A stretch of DNA of 64,000 nt from Somniosus microcephalus (Eukaryota), in assembly GCA_052327205.1 (NCBI GenBank), contig CM126203.1:231446001-231510000 (forward strand), written 5' to 3'. Within the stretch, counting starts at the first letter, position 1. Every line of letters starts with the position of its first letter. The notes beneath the pieces are model-generated. The model saw only the letters and a list, made by a program, of their open reading frames with translations, was not told the origin of the DNA and made no database searches. Of the stretch, positions 32,788 through 45,282 are shown piece by piece. The position numbers were made by a program, and so were the translations under genes.

Positions 32788-35599
32788 ACTGTTTGGCATG
32801 AAGTTGTATATATATATATATGTTATTATGCTATGTTAAATGGGGATATAACTGTTAAGCTAAAAAGGGAGGATTGTGGTGTATGTAACCTGTTCCACCT
32901 TAAGAGAACTACCTTAAGAGATGTACTACTTTCTCTTGGCTGCTGTATACTGTAATACTGTAATACCGGTGGTGACCACACCGGTATATAAGTGTCGTGT
33001 AGGGATTTGCTGGGCAGTTCAGCCCTGACCTTCGAATAGTAAAGACCTGTTAAAAGTTATTCTTGTTGTCTGTGTACAGTGATTGATCCTAAACATAACT
33101 GGGACACACAGACTCAACAGAGGCTTTGAGTGCAGACCAGGCGCTGTGGACGCTCTGCGCCTCTGAATCACTGGGAGTCGTCAGGTTGGCTGTGAGGCAC
33201 AGGCGGAATAGGGCTTTCTTAGCGGGGTCTTTGAGTGCTCCAGCGTTGATTTTCCTGTGGCATTGTTTCTGTTGCCGCCGCTGTTTTGTGGCTACATTGA
33301 TGGCGATGACAGAGCGGATTAGGCGGTGGTCTGTCCAGTAGTCATCAGCTCCTGTCATGGCGCGGGTGATGCAGACATCCTTGCGGTCCCTCGCTTGGAC
33401 GATGACGTAGTCTAGCAGATGCCAGTGCTTGGAGTGAGGGTGCTGCCATGAAGCCTTGTGCTTGTCTCTCTGACGGAACAAGGTGTTGGTTATGACAAGG
33501 CCATGTTCTAAGCATTTCAACAGGAGGAGGGTACCATTGGAGTTGGCTTTCCCTACCCCCTCTCTGTCGATCACACCTCCGCAGAGGTCTGTCTCCTTTC
33601 CAACTCTGACGTTAAAGTCGCCAAGGAGAATCAGCTTGTCACCTGTTGGGACTCGGGACAGGGATTGTTCGAGGCTGGAGTAGAATTCCTCTTTGGTCTC
33701 GTCTGTGGCTTCCAGTGTTGGGGCGTACGCACTGATGACCGTAACGCACTGGTTCTGGGCTAGGGTGAGCCGAAGAGTCATGAGGCGCTCGTTTATACCA
33801 CTAGGAGAGACTCTGAGACGCCCAACCAGTTCATTTTTTATGGCGACGCCTACCCCATGGAGGCGGCGTTCTTCAGGTTTGCCTTTCCAGAAGAAGGTGT
33901 AGCCACCGCTTTGCTCCTTGAGCTAGCCTTTCCCTGCCCGCCGGGTCTCACATAGGGCGGCGATGTCAATGTCGAAACGTCTGAGTTCCCGGGCAACGCT
34001 AGCAATACAGCGTTCCGGTCTGTCACTGTTGAGGTTGCTCATGAGGGTCCTGACATTCCAAGTCCCGAACTTCATTTTAAAGGGTGGAAGATGCCTGTGC
34101 GTGAATTCTTTTAACGTGGGGTGGCCGTTGCACACCAGCTACCACATGGGCTTGACAGAGCAAGGTCTTGGTCCAATGGCAAGGGGATCCAAGATGACTG
34201 GAGACCAGGCTCTGCTACAACGGCCTAGAGCACACACACAAACATACTGCTACTGTCCTCCTCCTTCCTTCCCGCAGGTCCTCTCTGCCTGGGTTTCGTA
34301 GGATGCATTGTGGTCCTTTCGACCTCACTGTTGGCCCGTGCCACACCTTCCCTGGGCCCCGACCCCGCTGCTGGACTCGTCCTCGCTCCTGGGTCCCGGC
34401 CTCGGACATGAATGATGTTGTCTCTCACAGGATCAAACTAGCACTGATATTCTTGCGATCCCTGGCCCCGAGCTCCACTCGTGATCCACTAGTCACTAGA
34501 TCAATAGTCCAGTGGAGGAGCATAGTCTTGACGACAGAGAGGTCTGGGAATTTGGGAGCTAAGTTTAAGTGAAGATCCAGTGCTCACTGATGAGAACAAA
34601 TAGGCCAGACCTGAAGGACATTCACGAACCAGTTGGGTTTTTATGACAATCCAGCAGCTTTCATGGTTATTTTCTTGGTGCCAACCCACAAGTTATCATC
34701 TGCAGCGCACTACTTGTTACAATCCCCAATGGCTGCACCAATGCACAATGCTAAGAAAACATCATTCTTTTGAAAGCATGTTCCGTGAGATCCCCTGACT
34801 CATCAGCTGAAGAGTGACGTGAGCTAACCTTCTGAACAGCATGTTCCTTTTTCTTTTCTATCATTACCAGCTGCTCCTGTTCACTTGTGGGATCAGTGTA
34901 CTATAGGTTGACTAAGTGCTCTTTACACCCACCCACCCCCCACTTCCAGTTGCGCTAACATCCAATAGGAATATCTAGACTAGAGACTCTTCCACTATGA
35001 TGGAAAGTAACACTCTTCCGTACTTTCCACAGGGTGTCGTAGGCATTCCGAGGTTCACATTCCTGAACAAGCAAGGCGTAATAATGCCAGCTTTTCTCCC
35101 CTGCCCTCCTTTAGGTCCGCCTATGACACTATGCCTCAGCGGTGAAGGTAGTGTATCACCTGTCTGCTAAAGCTGCTACTACGAAGTGTGTAAGAGTGGC
35201 CCAGGGTGACTCATAGAAACATAGAAACACAGAAGATAGGAGCAGGAGTAGGCCATTCGGCCCCTCGAGCCTGCTCCGCCATTGAATGAGATCATGGCTG
35301 ATCATCCAAATTCAGTACCCTGTCCCTGCTTTCTCCCCATATCCCTTGATGCCTTTAGCCTTAAGAAATATATCCAACTCCTTCTTGAATATATTTAATG
35401 AATTGGCCTCTACTGCCTTCTGTGGTAGAGAATTCCACAGGTTCACCACTCTGGGTGAAGAAATTCCTCTTCATCTCTGTCCTAAATGGCTTACCCCTTA
35501 TCCTTAGACTGTGACCCCTGGTTCTGGACTCCCCCGCCATCGGGAACATCCTTCCTGCATCTAGTCTGTCTAGTCCTGTCAGAATTTTATAAGTTTCAA

Positions 35600-36140
35600 T
35601 GAGGAAGGATGTTCTTGCCATGGAAGGAGTTCAGCGAAGATTCACAAGGCTGATCCCTGGGATGGCAGGAATGACGTATGAGGAGAGATTGGGTCGATTG
35701 GGCTTATACTCGCTGGAGTTTAGAAGAATAAGAGGGGATCTCATCGAAACTTATAAAATTCTGACAGCTCTGAACAAACTAGATGCAGGTAGAATGTTCG
35801 CGATGGTCGGAGAGTCCAGAACCAGGGGTCATAGTCTAAGGATAAGGGGTAAGCCATTTAGGACAGAGATGAGGAAGAATTTCTTCACCCAGAGAGTGGT
35901 GAACCTGTGGAATTCTTTACCACAGAAGGCGGTTGAGGCCAAATCTTTAAATATATTCAAGAAGGAGTTAGGTATATTTCTTAGAGCTAAAGGTATCAAG
36001 GGATATGGGGAGAAGGCAGGTACGGGGTACTGAGTTTGGATGATCAGCCATGATCTCATCGAATGGCGTAGCAGGCTCGAGGGGCCGAATGGCCTACTCC
36101 TGCACCTATCTTCTTTGTTTCCATGTTTCTATGTTTCTAT
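35600..36140 (+). mobile_element. 5'-truncated CR1 3' end inserted antisense into the CR1 above
   Basis: RKDVLAMEG...KAGTGY stop, 3' UTR and (TTTCTATG)n tail; host sequence GAGAGTGGAT|CTCATTGAAAC rejoins across it. Confidence 0.88.
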
Positions 36141-38807
36141 CCACTCTCATTCTTCTAAACTCCAACGAGTATAAGCCCAATCGACCCAATCTCTCCTCAT
36201 ACGTCATTCCTGCCATCCTGGTGAATCTTCGCTGCGCTCCCTCCATGGCAAGAACATCCTTCCTCAGATAAGGCGACCAAAACCACACACGATACTCAAG
36301 ATGTGGTCTCACCAAGGCCCTGTACAACTGCAGCAAGACATCCTTGTTCCTGTACTTAAACCCTCTCGCTACAAAGGCCAACATACCATTTGCCTTCTTA
36401 ACCGCCTGCTGCACCTGCATGCTTACCTTCAACGACTGTGCACAAGGACACCCAGGTCTCGTTGCACTTCCCCTTCTCCCAATCTATTGCCATTCAGATA
36501 ATAATCTGCCTTCCTGTTTTTGACACCAAAGTGGATAACCTCACATTTATCCACGTTATATTGCATCTGCCATGCTTCTGCCCAATCACCCAAACTGTCC
36601 AAATCATACTGGAGTTTCTCGGCATCCTCCTCACAGCACACACGCCCACCCAGCTTTGTGTCGTCTGCAAACATGGAGATATTACATCTAGTTCCCTCGT
36701 CTAGATCATTAATATATATTGTGAATAGCTGGGGTCCAAGGACCGATCCCTGCGCACCCCACTAGTCACTGCCTGCCACTCGGAAAAAGAGCCGTTTATT
36801 CCAACTCTTTGCTTTCTGTCTGCCAACAGTTCTCTATCCAAGTCAATACCCTGCCCCCAATCCCATGTGCCTTAACTTTACACGTTAATCTCTTATGCGG
36901 GACCTTATCGAAAGCCTTCTGAAAGTCCAAATACACCACATCCACTGGTTCTCCCTTATCTATTTTACCAGTTACATCCTCAAAAACTTCCAGTAGATTA
37001 GTCAAGCACGATTTACCTTTTGTAAATCCATGTTGACTTTGTCCGATCCTGTTACTGTTTTCCAAGTGCTCTGCTATTACATCTTTTATAATGGACTCTA
37101 GCATTTTCCCCACTACTGATGTCAGGCTTACTGGTCTGTAATTCCCCGTTTTCTCTCTACCACCTTTTTTGAATAGTGGGGTAACATTAGCTACCCTCCA
37201 ATCCATGGGTAGTGTACCAGATTCTATCAAATGTTGGAAGATGACCAGCAATGCATCTACTATTTCTAGGGCCACTTCCTTAAGTACCCCAGGATGTAGA
37301 TTATCAGGCCCTGAGGATTTATCGGCCTTCAATCCCCTCAATGTCCCTAACACCATTTACCGACAAATTTCATTCAATTCCTCCCTCTCATTAGACCCTA
37401 TTTTGCCTAACATCTCTGGGAGGTTATTTGTGTCCTCCTTTGTGAAGACAGAACCAAAATATGTATTTAATTGGGCTGCCATTTCTTTGTTCCCCATTAT
37501 AAATTCCCCTGATTCTGACTGCAAGGGACCTACGCTTGACTTCACCAATCTTTTCCTCTTCACATATCTATAAAAGCTTTTACAGTCAGTTTTTATGTTC
37601 CCTGAAAGCTTACTCTCATACTCTATTTTCCCCCTCTGAATTAATCCCTTTGTCCTCCTTTGCTGAATCCTAAACTGCTCCCAATCCTCAGGTTTACTGC
37701 TTTTTCTGGCCAATTTATATGTCCCCTCCTTGGATCTTATGCTATCCCTAATTTCCCTTGTTAGCCACGGTTGAGTCACCTTTTTTGTTTCATTTTTATG
37801 CCAAACTGGGATGAACAAATTCTGTAGTTCATCCATGCAATCTTTGAATGTTTGCCATTGCCTATCCACCGTCAACCCTTTGAGTGACATTCCCCAATCA
37901 ATCCTACCCAACTCGCGCCTCATACCATCGTAGTTTCCTTTATTTAAATGCAGGAACCTAGTCTCTGTGTCAACTACTTCACTCTCCATCTTAATGAAGA
38001 ATTCTATCATATTATGATCGCTCTGCCCCAAGGGGCCTCGCACAAGAAGATTGCTAATTAATCCTTTCTCATTACATAATACCCAGTCTAAGATGGCTTG
38101 ATCTCCAGTTGGTTCCTTGACATATTGGTCCAGGAAACCATCCCGTATACACTCCAGGAATTCCTCCTTCACAGTATTGTTACTAATTTGGTTAGCCCAA
38201 TCTATATGTAGATTAAAGTCACCCATGATAACTGCTGTGGCCTTATTGCATGTGTCTCTAATTTCCAGTTTAATGCCATCCCCAACCTCCGCATTACTGT
38301 TTGGGGGTCTGTATACCACTCCCACTAACGTTTTCTGCCCCTTGGTATTTCTCAGTTCTACCCATACAGATTCCACATCATCAGAGCTAATATCCTTCCT
38401 TACAATTGTGTTAATCCCCTCTTTAACCAGCAATGCTACCCCACCTCCTTTTCCTTTTTGCCTGTCTTTCCTGAATATTGAATACCCCTGGATGTTGAGT
38501 TCCCAGCCTTGGTCACCCTGGAGCCATGTTTCCGTAATCCCAATAACATCCTATCCATTTACCTCTATTTGCGCAGCTAATTCATCCACCTTATTATGAA
38601 TGCTCCTCGCATTAAGACACAAAGCCTTCAGGCTTGTTTTGTTAACACTCTTCGACCTTTTAGAATTATTATTTACTGTGGCCATGTTTGATTTAAACTC
38701 TTCATTTCTCTGACTGCCACCTTTGCTTTTCTCCTTCCTGTCTTTTGCTTCTATCCATGTTTCCCTTTCCTCTGTCTCCCTGCTCAGGTTCCCAACCCCC
38801 TGCCATT

Positions 38808-39758
38808 TTAGTTTAAACCCTCCCCCACAGCACTAGCAAACACTCCCCCTAGGACATCGGTCCCGGTCCTGCCTAGGTGCAAACCGTCCAGTTTGTACTG
38901 GTCCCACCTCCCCCAGAACCGGTTCCAATGTCCCAGGAATTTGAATCCCTCCCCCTTGCACCATTCCTCTAGCCACATATTCATCTGAAATATCCTTCTA
39001 TTTCTACTCTGACTAGCATGTGGCACTGGTAGCAATCCTGAGTTTACTACGTTTGAGGTCCTATTTTTTAATTTACCTCCTAACTCCCTATATTCAGCTT
39101 TTAGGACCTCATCCCATTTTTTACCTATATCGTTGGTACCTATATGCACCACGACAACTGGCTGTTCACCCTCCCCTTCCAAAAAGCTCTGCAGCCGCTC
39201 CGAGACATCCTTGACCCTTGCACCAGGGAGGCAACTTACCATCCTGGAGTCTCGTTTGCGGCCGCAGAAACGCCTATCTATTCCCCTTACAATAGAATCC
39301 CCTATTACTATAGCTCTACCCCTCTTTTTCTTCCCGTCCTGTGCAGCAGAACCACCCATGGTGCCAGAAAGTTGGCTGCTGCTGCCTTCCCCCGATAAGC
39401 CATCCTCCCCAACAATATCCAAAGCGGTATACCTGTTTGAGAGGGGGATGGTCACAGAGGACCCCTGCACTACCTGCCTGTGCCTACTACTCTGCCTGGC
39501 GGTCACCCATTCCCTTCCTGCCTGTGCAGCCTTTACCTGCAGTGTGACCAACTCATTAAACATGCTTTCCACGATGTCCTCAGCATCGCGAATGCTCCAG
39601 TATGTATCCATTCGCAGCTCCAGCGCCACAATGCGGTCTGCCAGTAGCTGCAGATGGATACACTTCCCGCACACATGGTCGTCAGGGACACAGGAAGTGT
39701 CCCTGATTTCCCACATAGTGCAGGAGGAGCATACCATGGCGCCGAGCTGTACTGCCAT
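38808..39758 (-). CDS. CR1 ORF1 protein (zinc finger, coiled coil, SGNH esterase), 316 aa
   Basis: CxxC..CxxC N-terminus, IGDSIVR, HIGTND, DGLH motifs. Confidence 0.9.
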   Translation of the reverse strand: MAVQLGAMVCSSCTMWEIRDTSCVPDDHVCGKCIHLQLLADRIVALELRMDTYWSIRDAEDIVESMFNELVTLQVKAAQAGREWVTARQSSRHRQVVQGSSVTIPLSNRYTALDIVGEDGLSGEGSSSQLSGTMGGSAAQDGKKKRGRAIVIGDSIVRGIDRRFCGRKRDSRMVSCLPGARVKDVSERLQSFLEGEGEQPVVVVHIGTNDIGKKWDEVLKAEYRELGGKLKNRTSNVVNSGLLPVPHASQSRNRRIFQMNMWLEEWCKGEGFKFLGHWNRFWGRWDQYKLDGLHLGRTGTDVLGGVFASAVGEGLN

Positions 39759-40081
39759 GACTTACCCTTTAATTAATTCAAATAAAATTAATCCAAATCA
39801 ATCCCACCAATTACATTATAATTAAATGATATACTCAAGGGCCCTTGTTTACCAGCAGTTCCACTACACAACAGAGACCTTAGAAACTATAAACCACAAA
39901 ATTTAACTTTGGAAAAAAGCGAGAAAGAGAGAAATACTCACCAACCAATCAGTTACCTGCTTTCTGGTGATGTCACACTTCAATTACTTTTTACTTCTCT
40001 CTCTCCTCTTGCAGGTCCGCTTCGCCCGCTCTCGGAGCTCGGTTTAAATCAGCCTCTCCCGCCTCTCCTCTCGCAGGTCCT

Positions 40082-40210
40082 AACATGGCTGCCTTGTTTC
40101 CTACATTACAACAGTGACTACATTTCAAAAGTATTTCTTTGGCTGTAAAGCGCTTTGGGACATCCTTAGGTCATGAAAGGTGCAATATAAATTCAAGTCT
40201 TTCTTTTTTT
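40082..40210 (+). mobile_element. DeuSINE 3' fragment
   Basis: Matches 60335-60455. Confidence 0.7.
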
Positions 40211-42583
40211 TCTTTCAATCACTGTCTCCAAGGACCGTACTCCTGCCAGTGGTTCTGCATAACCAGCCAGCGGGAGATACAAGGACCCCAAATTTCTGCT
40301 GGACCAGCGGCACACTCTCCTGCTCTGGCAGGCGGCCAAGATGTGTCCATTGTGTCGTGAGTACTTGCCGCTGCCATGTTAATGAGGTGACCTCTCTCTA
40401 CATACACAACTTGTGAATTTTTGCAATACACAAGAAGAGAACATGAAAGTATAATAATTTATGGCAATAGGAAAATACCATTAGGCCCAAGAGGCTGGCA
40501 ACTTTTTGATTTATCTCAATCCCATTTCCCTTCCTCTGAAGCGATGCCTTGACTCCGCTCATCACCTCCACATGATGTCCTGACTGAGCTCTTGGACTAA
40601 TCATATGGGAAACCCTGGATGTGAGGATATGCACCAAGTGCAGGACATTGCTTCAGGGCTAAGCTCTTTACTTTACTATTAATACATTTAGTTTATAGAT
40701 ACTGTAACTATGATCTGCTGGAAAAACACAATACAATCACATTTATAGTCTATTCATAAAAAGCAATTAATACCTCTGCCAGAAACTAGTAACAAGGAAT
40801 AGATACTCATTTCCTTCTAAAAATAAATCCAAAATCTGTTTTATGTGACAGCTTTATCTCTTGCTATACAGCCTTTGTGCCTTTGCTCACTCATCTTAGT
40901 CTTTTAAGGGGTTCTTTCAGTTGGTTTTTGGATTGATCTCAAATATTCTTTGCAGACTTGCCAAAAACAAAGTGGACAGCAGCAACTGATGTTGCTGTGT
41001 TTGGAAATGTCTTCAGATTCAGGTCACTCTGAAAGTAACGTCAAAATGTGACTCAGATGTGTTTTTTTTCTGTGCCAGATCTCAATTTAACTTGCTTTTC
41101 TACCAATCTGTTTGGATTAATGTTACATTACGACATTCTCTCCATGCAAAAAAATAAATATTTTACTGTTTGGTATTTTTTGAGTAAATAATTCTGTGTC
41201 CCAGATGATCTAAGACATAGCACATTTGTAGCAAACTATTGATTCATGTTTCCTGTTTACATCCATAATTGGGAGGTAAATTTTCCAATTTCTTCCTATT
41301 TATGCTGTCTGATCCTACATTCACTTTCTACCGCATAAGTCTTTGGTTTAAATCAGCTAGTGATCGGTATTTAGTAAAACAATGATTCAGCATTTTTGTT
41401 TACATCCACAAGCAGAATGTAAATCTCTGTTTATTTTTCCTCCTCATTGTGCTGGCTAGTTACATGCCATTTTACAATTTTACACTATGTGTACGAATAG
41501 TAAAAAAGAATGGAAGTGTCAGCCCTTCTTACAACAATAAACACAGCACTTTCACTACCTCTACCCATCTGCCTGCCTGCATAATATGCCCACTGCAACA
41601 GAGTGATAGCTTTATTCCTCTCACCTGCAGCAAGTAGTGATACGTTTGATTATTGTTTAGTTACCATGTTGTATTATGTTGTACACTGAAGCCCTGGGGC
41701 AGCACTGGGCTTTGCTGCTGATGTACATTGACCATAAAATTAGAAGCTAACATTGAGTGGCTGTGATCCTGGCATGTTTGGGCCTCGTTTACATGGTGTC
41801 ATTATCTAAATTAGGTTCCAGGCCAAATTTCATGACTTTGGACGATGCTCTGAACAGTGTTTGCCTCTCCCATATAAACTGGGCATAAAGAGTACTGAAC
41901 TGAGGAGGTCAGTTTTGGAGCAAAGTAGCTGCTGTTTCTGTTGCTGTGAAGTGTCCTTTTTTTGGCTGGGATTTTTTTTAACTTTTGCACTGAGCATCTC
42001 AAAGACCTTTTCCTCCTAGTTCTGCCTTTTTCTACCAATTTCTACCCCTTGGTCTTTGTGCTCCCCAAGCAGAAAAAAGCAACTGATGGCAGGGAGAGGT
42101 AGGGTGCTCTGTGCCTCTTAGGTTGGCTGTGGCCTGGAAACCCTGAATCCAGAGTTATGAGATGTCCCAGCTGAAGCCATGTGCAACAACACAAAGCTTT
42201 CATTTTGCTATGCTACATTTTCCTTAAGTCTTTGCAGTTCCCGCTGCAGAGAAAGCTGCACCTAACAACAGTTGGGAGGATTGGGACTTGCTGTGCCTGT
42301 TCCCATATTATTGCATGAAGAGGACCAATTCATGGGTGGGCAACATCTTCAAGTCTAAAGACACCTCAGATGGCATGTTTGCTCTACGATAGGCCTGGAA
42401 GATTGAAATTATTTCTTGGCCCTCTCTCCAGACAACTGGGACTGACATCCTAACAGAAGGTTGGTCTTCTATTCCAAAAAGAGGTATCTCCTTTTCTTGC
42501 ACTTCTTACAGCAGGACTTCCAAGGTGTGGTCATCAAATGTGGCAGTTTTGCCCACATTCCCTCATTCCACCATATTTGCAGC

Positions 42584-42716
42584 CAATGTTCCTTCTAATT
42601 TTTTGTTGGTGTGCGGTTGCGCACGCGCGCTATCTTTTCCAGCGGCAGCAGCTGGTGAGCGGCCTGCACAGGATCTCCCGACTGGTGCACGGCCTCACAC
42701 CTTAGGGGGAACATTG
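42584..42716. mobile_element. hAT-type MITE (133 bp)
   Basis: TIRs CAATGTTCCTTCTAA / TTAGGGGGAACATTG; perfect 8-bp TSD TTTGCAGC. Confidence 0.85.
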
Positions 42717-42914
42717 TTTGCAGCTAGTTAATATTTTCTTTCTTCCCTCCAAAATCCACCTCCTCTTTAAAAGGCTAGCAGCAGCCCTTTCAGAGCTGCT
42801 GGCTCACCTTTATTTTTGATTGGCAGCCATCCAGCTTTCTTGTTTATATTTTTCATATGGAGGAAGCCTTGTCAAATGAAGTGGAGGGACTTACCTCACA
42901 AAATTCAGGATATG

Positions 42915-43292
42915 ATAGTGTAGTGATTATGTTACTGGACTAATAATCCAGAGAAAGTGAATTCAAATCCCACCATGGCAGTTTAAGAAATTGAATTCAG
43001 TTTTTTAAAAATCTGGTAATAAAAAGCTGGCATCAGTTAAAGTGACCATGAAGCTGTCGGACTGTCATAAAAGCCCAACTGGTTCACTACTGTCCTTAAA
43101 GCTAGGAAACCTGGTGCCCTTATCTGGCTTTTATGTGACTCCAGTCTCATACCAACAGCCCTCTAATGTGGCCTAGCAAGCCGTATAAAACCACTATCAG
43201 TGGCTCAAGAAGGTGGCCCACCTCCACCTTCTCGGGACAACTTGGGATGGGCAATAAATGCCAAATTTGCGAGCATCACCTACATCCCGAGA
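42915..43292 (+). mobile_element. tRNA-derived SINE-like repeat (degenerate)
   Basis: B-box-like TTCAAATCC; the reverse-strand relative at 16915-16975 and 34600-34690 flanks the RTE block. Confidence 0.55.
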
Positions 43293-44268
43293 ATTTTTTT
43301 TTTTTTAATTTGCCAAGACCAGCTCTCTCCACTGCATGCATGGGTTCACAGACCAGCACATCCCTGATTTTGCCAGCCTTTCAAAATTGAGAATATATTG
43401 AAAGTCATTCATATGGCAATGCTTTAGCCATACAGACAGGCAGGAATGTGTTACAAGGTAGCAGTACAGAGAGGAATTGTGATAACATCATAGATTGAAG
43501 CTCAGGTGATATGGTAGCTTCATCTCATAGAATCATAGGCCTAGAAATTGGGTATAGCCCCGCTTGGGGCGTTAGACTTGGCAGAGCGCAAATTTTATAG
43601 CCAGACGCAACTTATCAACACCTCGTGCGATATTGGGTTGCAGCGCCCCAAAGGTGATTGAGGCACGAGTTCAGGCGTTACACGGGGCACCTAAGGCGCT
43701 AACATGCCAGCGCAACCCAATATCGGGGCGTCCAGCCGCAGCGCAGGTGCTCTCAATTACCCATGACCACGAGACTTCCAGGCGCCGGCCAGCTCTTAAA
43801 GGGGTGGGTCAGGCAGCTCCAGCATCCACAGTCTGCGCCTTGTAGGCCTGCAAATCGGCGCAGGCCCTTCTCTGGCGCAAAAAACTTGGATCATATGGAG
43901 AGGGTGAGGCAGAGAGCAGAGCGCTTCACGAATGAGTCTCTGGAGGAATTGGTGGCCGCAGTGGAGCACCGGCGAGATGTCCTCTACCCCGACAATGGCA
44001 GGAGGCCTAATCATAAGGACTACCGATGAGCTTGGAGGGATGTTTCTCAGAGGGTCAACTCCAGCAGTATGGCGACCAGGAGCCCTGTGCAGTGCAGGAA
44101 GAAATTCAACAACCTCACTCGGGTCGTGAGGGTGAGTGGAGTTAATGTAAATTTATGCATCCCTCCATTAGCACCTGACTTTATGGCTACAGGGTGCGCT
44201 ATCCCCCTCTGGCCATCTGTCAGCAAGCACCCATGGCCCTTTCTGGTCACACACATGCACATTTGACT

Positions 44269-44533
44269 CAGGGCATCATGTAAGGGCTGGTCCACCATGG
44301 GGGGCATGAGATGATAATCCAGGGCATCATGTAAGGGCTGGTCCACCATGGGGGGCATGAGATGATAATCCAGGGCATCATGTAAGGGCTGGTCCACCAT
44401 GGGGGGCATGAGATGATAATCCAGGGCATCATGTAAGGGCTGTTCCACCATGGGGGGCATGAGATGATAATTCAGGGCATCATGTAAGGGCTGTTCCACC
44501 ATGGGGGGCATGAGGTCATAACTCAGGGCATCA
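44269..44533. repeat. 51-bp minisatellite (~5 copies) in Myb-gene intron 1
   Basis: Unit CAGGGCATCATGTAAGGGCTGGTCCACCATGGGGGGCATGAGATGATAATC. Confidence 0.92.
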
Positions 44534-45282
44534 TTTAACATCACTTCCCGTCCTTTCCCCTGCAGGCCAAGCTGGCGAGAAACTGCAAGGAGCAGCTTCG
44601 CACCGGAGGAGGCCGTCCTCAACTGGAGCCTCTGATGGATCTCGAGGAGAGAGTCCACCAGATTGTGGGAGGATGCCTGAGTGGTTCTGTCACCACTGCA
44701 GCTGCCGACCCCATTATCCACAGCGATGGTAAGGTTCTCTACTATTACAGCTGTCACCTTCCAGTTGTTTCCCCCGCCAGCATACTTTCTCAATGTGGAG
44801 CCATGTCATAGCATTGCCGCACTGTTGCATCCCTTGCTGCCAAACTGTCCTTTTGCTAAAGCCACTCTTCAACCTCCCTGCTTTCAGATGCTGCATCACC
44901 AGCTCGGGAGCCGGCCCCTCAAGTTGCCAGTGCCAGTGCCTCCGGAGGCGACGACCAGGAGGAAGCCGGACCATCCGTGCCAGCCTCAGGGGAGCCACCG
45001 CATCTGGAGACTGGGGATAGTAGTTCCCTTGAGGGGAGGGGGGGCGCTCTGATGAGGAACCAGCGGCCTGCAGCAACGCGCGGGGGGTAGGGACGCTCGG
45101 GGGCCGTTTCCCCGGAGGGCGAGGCAGGCCACCATGACTGCTGCACAGAGTGCAGAGGAGGTGCGTAGCCTTGCCGAGATGAGCGCCCAGGCCCGGCTCA
45201 GGCACACTGAGCTGATGGCTGCAGTGGGGAGGATGCCTGAGTCGATCGACGCACTGGCAAAGAGTGTGCTGGACTTTGGGGC

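Larger units (their letters stand above)
27904..33119 (+). mobile_element. Full-length Mag-type Gypsy LTR retrotransposon C
   Basis: Two 245-bp LTRs (27904-28148, 32875-33119), identical by eye; TSD GAGGC; PBS TGGCGACGAG; PPT AAAAAGGGAGGA. Confidence 0.96.
16976..34225 (-). mobile_element. Full-length RTE-clade (BovB-like) LINE in three pieces: 16976-17972, 26653-27903, 33120-~34225
   Basis: Endonuclease (FGTWNVRTL, ISAYAPT, LLGDFN, TDHRL), RT (PESQCGFR, FFDLTNAFD, GVKQGC, ELQYADD), C-terminus (LLYASETWT); pieces rejoin across TSDs to ~3.3 kb; multiple frameshifts. Confidence 0.9.
35213..40080 (-). mobile_element. Full-length CR1 LINE (minus), interrupted near its 3' end by an antisense CR1 fragment
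   Basis: ORF1 38808-39758, ORF2 fragments 36106-38640 with stops and frameshifts, 3' end and tail at 35213-35599. Confidence 0.93.

Noticed and set aside
40650-42000. Repeat-poor AT-rich stretch as a possible conserved enhancer or exon
   Set aside because: No supportable ORF or splice structure; conservation cannot be judged without alignments.
44047-44793. 248-aa minus ORF with 17-aa repeats
   Set aside because: Translation of the 51-bp intronic minisatellite, antisense to the Myb gene.
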